A stretch of DNA of 64,000 nucleotides from the human T2T-CHM13v2.0 reference genome, Homo sapiens. The DNA lies in assembly GCF_009914755.1 (NCBI RefSeq), contig NC_060930.1; one strand, 5' to 3'. The notes under the pieces were generated by a model. That model made no database searches. It saw only the letters and a list, made by a program, of their open reading frames with translations, and had not been told where the DNA came from. Positions 59,240 to 64,000 of this stretch are shown one piece after another (the first letter of the stretch is position 1; the number at the start of each line of letters is the position of its first letter). A program made the translations under genes and the position numbers.

Positions 59240-59425
59240 AATGAAATTACCTGGAATATTTCTAACACAAAGAAATAATAAATGCTTGAGGTGGTGAATA
59301 TCCTCATTTGATCATTACACATTGCATGCTTATAGCAAAAGATTACATGTACCCCATAAATAATTGCAACTATTATGTATCCATAATAATTAAAACTAAA
59401 AGATTAAAAATTACCTGAAAAAAAA
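59240..59425 (+). mobile_element. L1 3' end fragment (L1MA/PB-like)
   Basis: aacacaaagaaataataaatgcttgaggtg...tttgatcattacacattg...catgtaccccataaata. Confidence 0.7.
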
Positions 59426-59907
59426 TGCTAAACAGGAAAGGCCAACTAGTCTTGGTTACATATTAAAAAACAGAAATTCTTCTCTAACCTCACTATTGGA
59501 GAAATATCCTGTTATTTTTATATATCTTTTTTTTCACCCTTTCCCAAATCTGAGCAAGTATTATAAAGGTATAACCTTCAACAATCTTTTATGATGAGGT
59601 ATTTGCTTACTGGGGACAAAGCCCCAGTGCTATTACATAGTGTAGCTAAACGCTGTAGAATGGTAAAAACAAGAAAATGCTCAGCAAAGTGTTGTTTCTC
59701 ATTTAATGAAAATCTTATTTTAAAACACAAAAACTCAATATACCCCAACCAAAAATCTGATGAACATTTTCTGTTTAATATTTATTATACAGTACCTTTA
59801 AAAACGTAATATTCTTATTCTTAAAAATTTAGTGTGCTAGCAAATAGCAATTAAGTACCTAAGTCAATCAGGACGACAAAAAAATACTCAATTTGGGGAG
59901 TTAGTTA

Positions 59908-60599
<692 letters not shown>

Positions 60600-61267
60600 T
60601 CAAGTACAGAGGTTCTTAAGGGCAATGGGAATGGAGGACATATTCCTGCAAACTTTTCAACAGCTCTCATTAGCCCGATGTTAGAGCTCTGCAAAGAAGA
60701 CTAAATTATACTGAGAAATATTTTTAAATCTCCACAAATAGGAATGCTGTAAACGTTGATTTAGTATATATAAAATTAGACAAGACTAACAATATCCAAT
60801 GCAATCTAAATCTTAGGTTGACAGACAAGAAAGCCACTGCAAACAGGAATATACCACAATACCTGATCTTGCCACATATTTGTAAATATGCAAAGTATTT
60901 CAATAACTTCCAAGAAACAGTATTACTCTCATGAGAAATAACATGATGTAAGTCACCTTTGAAACTGTCCTTGTTACTTTTTCAAATGTATGTTAGTCAT
61001 TTCTTAACACCAAATGAAATGAAAAACTGAGGTGGTAATGGCTGGCTGCTCCCATCTCTCCTCTACTCATGTGCCTTCACCAATACAGCAATCATTTTTT
61101 CTTATATGGGAAATTTACAGTGTTGATATAGCTCAGAGATATATTGAAGAAAAGCAGAAAAACGAAACTTATAAACATTTTAGGAAACCTTATGTATTTT
61201 CTTAAATAGTTCAAGTGTAAAACTTAGAATTCTTATAAATAATGTGTGTTACAGCTATATTGTAAAT

Positions 61268-61400
61268 GGTGGCTCATGCCTGTAATCCCAGCACTTCAGG
61301 AGACCGAGGTGGGAGGAGAGCTTGAGCCCATGAGTTTGAGACTCACCCGGGCAACACAGAGAGACCTCATCTCTTAAAAAAAAAAGAAAGAAAGAAAGAA
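61268..61400 (+). mobile_element. FLAM / Alu monomer
   Basis: Single monomer with an A/GAAA tail. Confidence 0.82.
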
Positions 61401-61650
61401 ATGAAATGCAAAGAAAAAGTCTCTATTTCAAATGTAGCCAGTAGAGCCAATAGGTTAACCAATATTAACATTAACGTTGATAAAACAAGAAATGATGATT
61501 TACTATAAGCTGAAAATCAGACAATGTATGGACTTTAAGAGTAACAGGCACGATCATCACAAACTTAAATCAGGTTTGAGTCCTATGAGTTATATACAGT
61601 TACATGATGCAACAAAAGATGCCAGCCAGTTGTTAAAGAGTATTAGATTC

Positions 61651-61963
<313 letters not shown>

Positions 61964-62036
61964 TCATTTATTATGGAACCATGGACACAACTACCTATCT
62001 TTCCTGAACCTCAGTTTTTTCAACTGCAAAACAGGA

Positions 62037-62149
62037 ATATATACATATGTGTATATATACATCTGTGTAAACACATATGTGTATATATACATATGTGTAA
62101 ACACATATGTGTATATATACATATGTGTAAACACATATGTATATGTATA
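62037..62149. repeat. 30 bp-period AT-rich minisatellite within a MIR (~61945-62200)
   Basis: acacatatgtgtatatatacatatgtgtaa repeated ~3.5 times. Confidence 0.9.
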
Positions 62150-62559
62150 AATGGAGATAATACCTACATTATAGTTTCTGAGATAATAAAATGCACAACA
62201 CAATTCTGACACATAACAATTTGTAACTTAAAACATACCATCACCAGGGCCACTAGTTTTAGAACACTGTAATGCATAGTCTAATTTAATACTATGCAAA
62301 CTGTGTTCACTCAAGGTTTTATTTCCTTTTAATTTCATTCATTTACTCTTCAGTTGTTTGTAAGCTAAAAAGTCCAGAATCATGAAATTCAGAAGTTTAC
62401 GTTTTAATGTTTTTCTATATGGCAAGGAAAAAAAAAAGGGCAAAGTCATTTTAACACTACTTTCAAAATCAGCCTAGAACTTAACACTAAAGGCATGACC
62501 CATAAAAGGGAATACTAATAAATAGACTTAATTAAAATTAAACAACAACAACAACAGGT

Positions 62560-63730
62560 AAGCTTTTGTTCTGCAAAAGATCCTGTGAAGAGAATGAAAA
62601 CATAAGCCGCAGGCTGGGAGAAAATATTTGCAAACCATATTTCCGAGAAAGGTCTTGTGTCTATAATATATAAGAACTCCCAAAATTCAACAGTTTTTAA
62701 AAAAAGCAAATAATCCAATTAGAAAATGGGCAAAAGACATGAACAGACATTTTACCAAAGAGAATATATAGGTGGCAAATAAGCATATGAAAACATATCT
62801 CACACATCATTAGCCATTAAAGAAATGCAAATTAAAACCACAATGTGATATCATTACACACCTACCAAAATATCCAAAATAAAAATTAGTGGTAACACCA
62901 AATGCTGGTGCGCATGTGGAAAAATAGTCCTTCACACACTGATGGTACAAATGCAAAACAGTACAGTCCCTCAGGAAAGGAGTATGGCAGTTTCTTACAA
63001 AACTAAACATGCACTTACCATATGACCAAGTAATTATACTCTTGAATATTCCCAGAAGTAAAAATGTCTTCTCCAAAAAACTTATACATGAACGTTCATA
63101 GCTGTTTTATTCGTGAGAGTCAAAAACAGAAAGCAATCCCAGGGCTACCCATTAAAACAGGTGAATGCTTATAAACTGACTGTAATAGGTCTGTCCCACG
63201 GAATACTACTCAGCAATAAAAAGGAACAAACTACTGGTATATGCAACAACTTGGATAGATCTCAAGGGAGTTATGTTATGTGAAAAAAGTCAATCTCAAA
63301 AGGTTACACACTGCATGACTCCACTGATATAACATTACTGAAATGACAAAAATTTTAGAAATGGAAAACAAATTAGTAGTTGTCAGAGGTTAGGGAAGAA
63401 ATGCAGTAAGGTAGGTGGCTGTGGCTATAAAAGGGTAGCCTAAGAGATCCTTCTGTTGAAACGGGTATATTTTGAATATAGGGTGAATTTACATATGTGA
63501 TAAAGATTGCATAGAACTAAATACACACACACAGTATATGTAAAACTAAGGAAATCTGAGTAAGGTTTGTGGATTATATTAATACAATTTCCTGGTTGTG
63601 ATACTGTACTGTAATTATGCAAGATGTTAGAATTGGGGGAAACTAGATGAAGGGTATGTAGATCTTTCTGTATTATTTCTTACAATTGCATGTGAATCTG
63701 TAATTATCTCAAAATAAAAATTTTTTTCAA
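62560..63730 (+). mobile_element. L1MB/L1MC-like 3' fragment
   Basis: aaaatgggcaaaagacatgaacagacatttt, gaaatgcaaattaaaaccacaatg, ggaatactactcagcaataaaaaggaac, tgtaattatctcaaaataaaa. Confidence 0.85.
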
Positions 63731-63764
63731 AATTTCAAAACAACTAGTCTAGAGCTTTGTTAAT

Positions 63765-63920
63765 CAAAGTTTTCTCTGAGGACCTGTAGCATTTTGGTTA
63801 TCACCTGGATCTTATTAAAATGCAGATTCTCAGGCTGCATATTGGAATTCCTGAATTGGAATCCGCATTTTAACAAGATTTCCAAGTGATTCATGTTTAA
63901 AGTTTGAGAAGCACTAGTCT
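63765..63920. mobile_element. MER5A-like hAT MITE
   Basis: tcacctggatcttattaaaatgcagattctcagg...aaagtttgagaagcactag. Confidence 0.65.
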
Positions 63921-64000
63921 ACAACAATGACTTTTAACCTTTCAACCTACTCTAACACACTTGAAGGCCATAACAAAATTCACATCAATAACAGTTGCTC

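Overview
Human (or closely related primate) genomic DNA, repeat-rich and with no CpG island. It holds the 3' end of the autophagy gene ATG5 on the minus strand. The penultimate coding exon (exon 7, 55812-55929) reads [39 protein letters not shown]. The last exon (exon 8, CDS 40379-40515) reads [45 protein letters not shown], followed by a ~2 kb 3'UTR with several poly(A) signals. Positions 1-38 kb are downstream of ATG5, which from recalled gene order is the PRDM1-ATG5 intergenic interval at 6q21. The rest is Alu, L1, L2, MIR, MaLR/ERVL LTRs, DNA-transposon remnants and simple repeats. Neither real exon appears in the supplied ORF track, and none of the listed ORFs looks like a genuine gene. 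I see no new multi-gene system. The most notable unexplained structures are a ~147 bp non-TE duplication straddling the ATG5 poly(A) site that carries an AGTAAA/AATAAA difference, a ~93 bp poly(A)-tailed retro-insertion with a TSD, an old 5S rRNA-derived relic beside a perfect MARE/ARE, a STAT/MARE/BLIMP1-IRF motif cluster, and two candidate alternative ATG5 splice events. Repeat subfamilies were assigned by eye, and boundaries of old elements are approximate.
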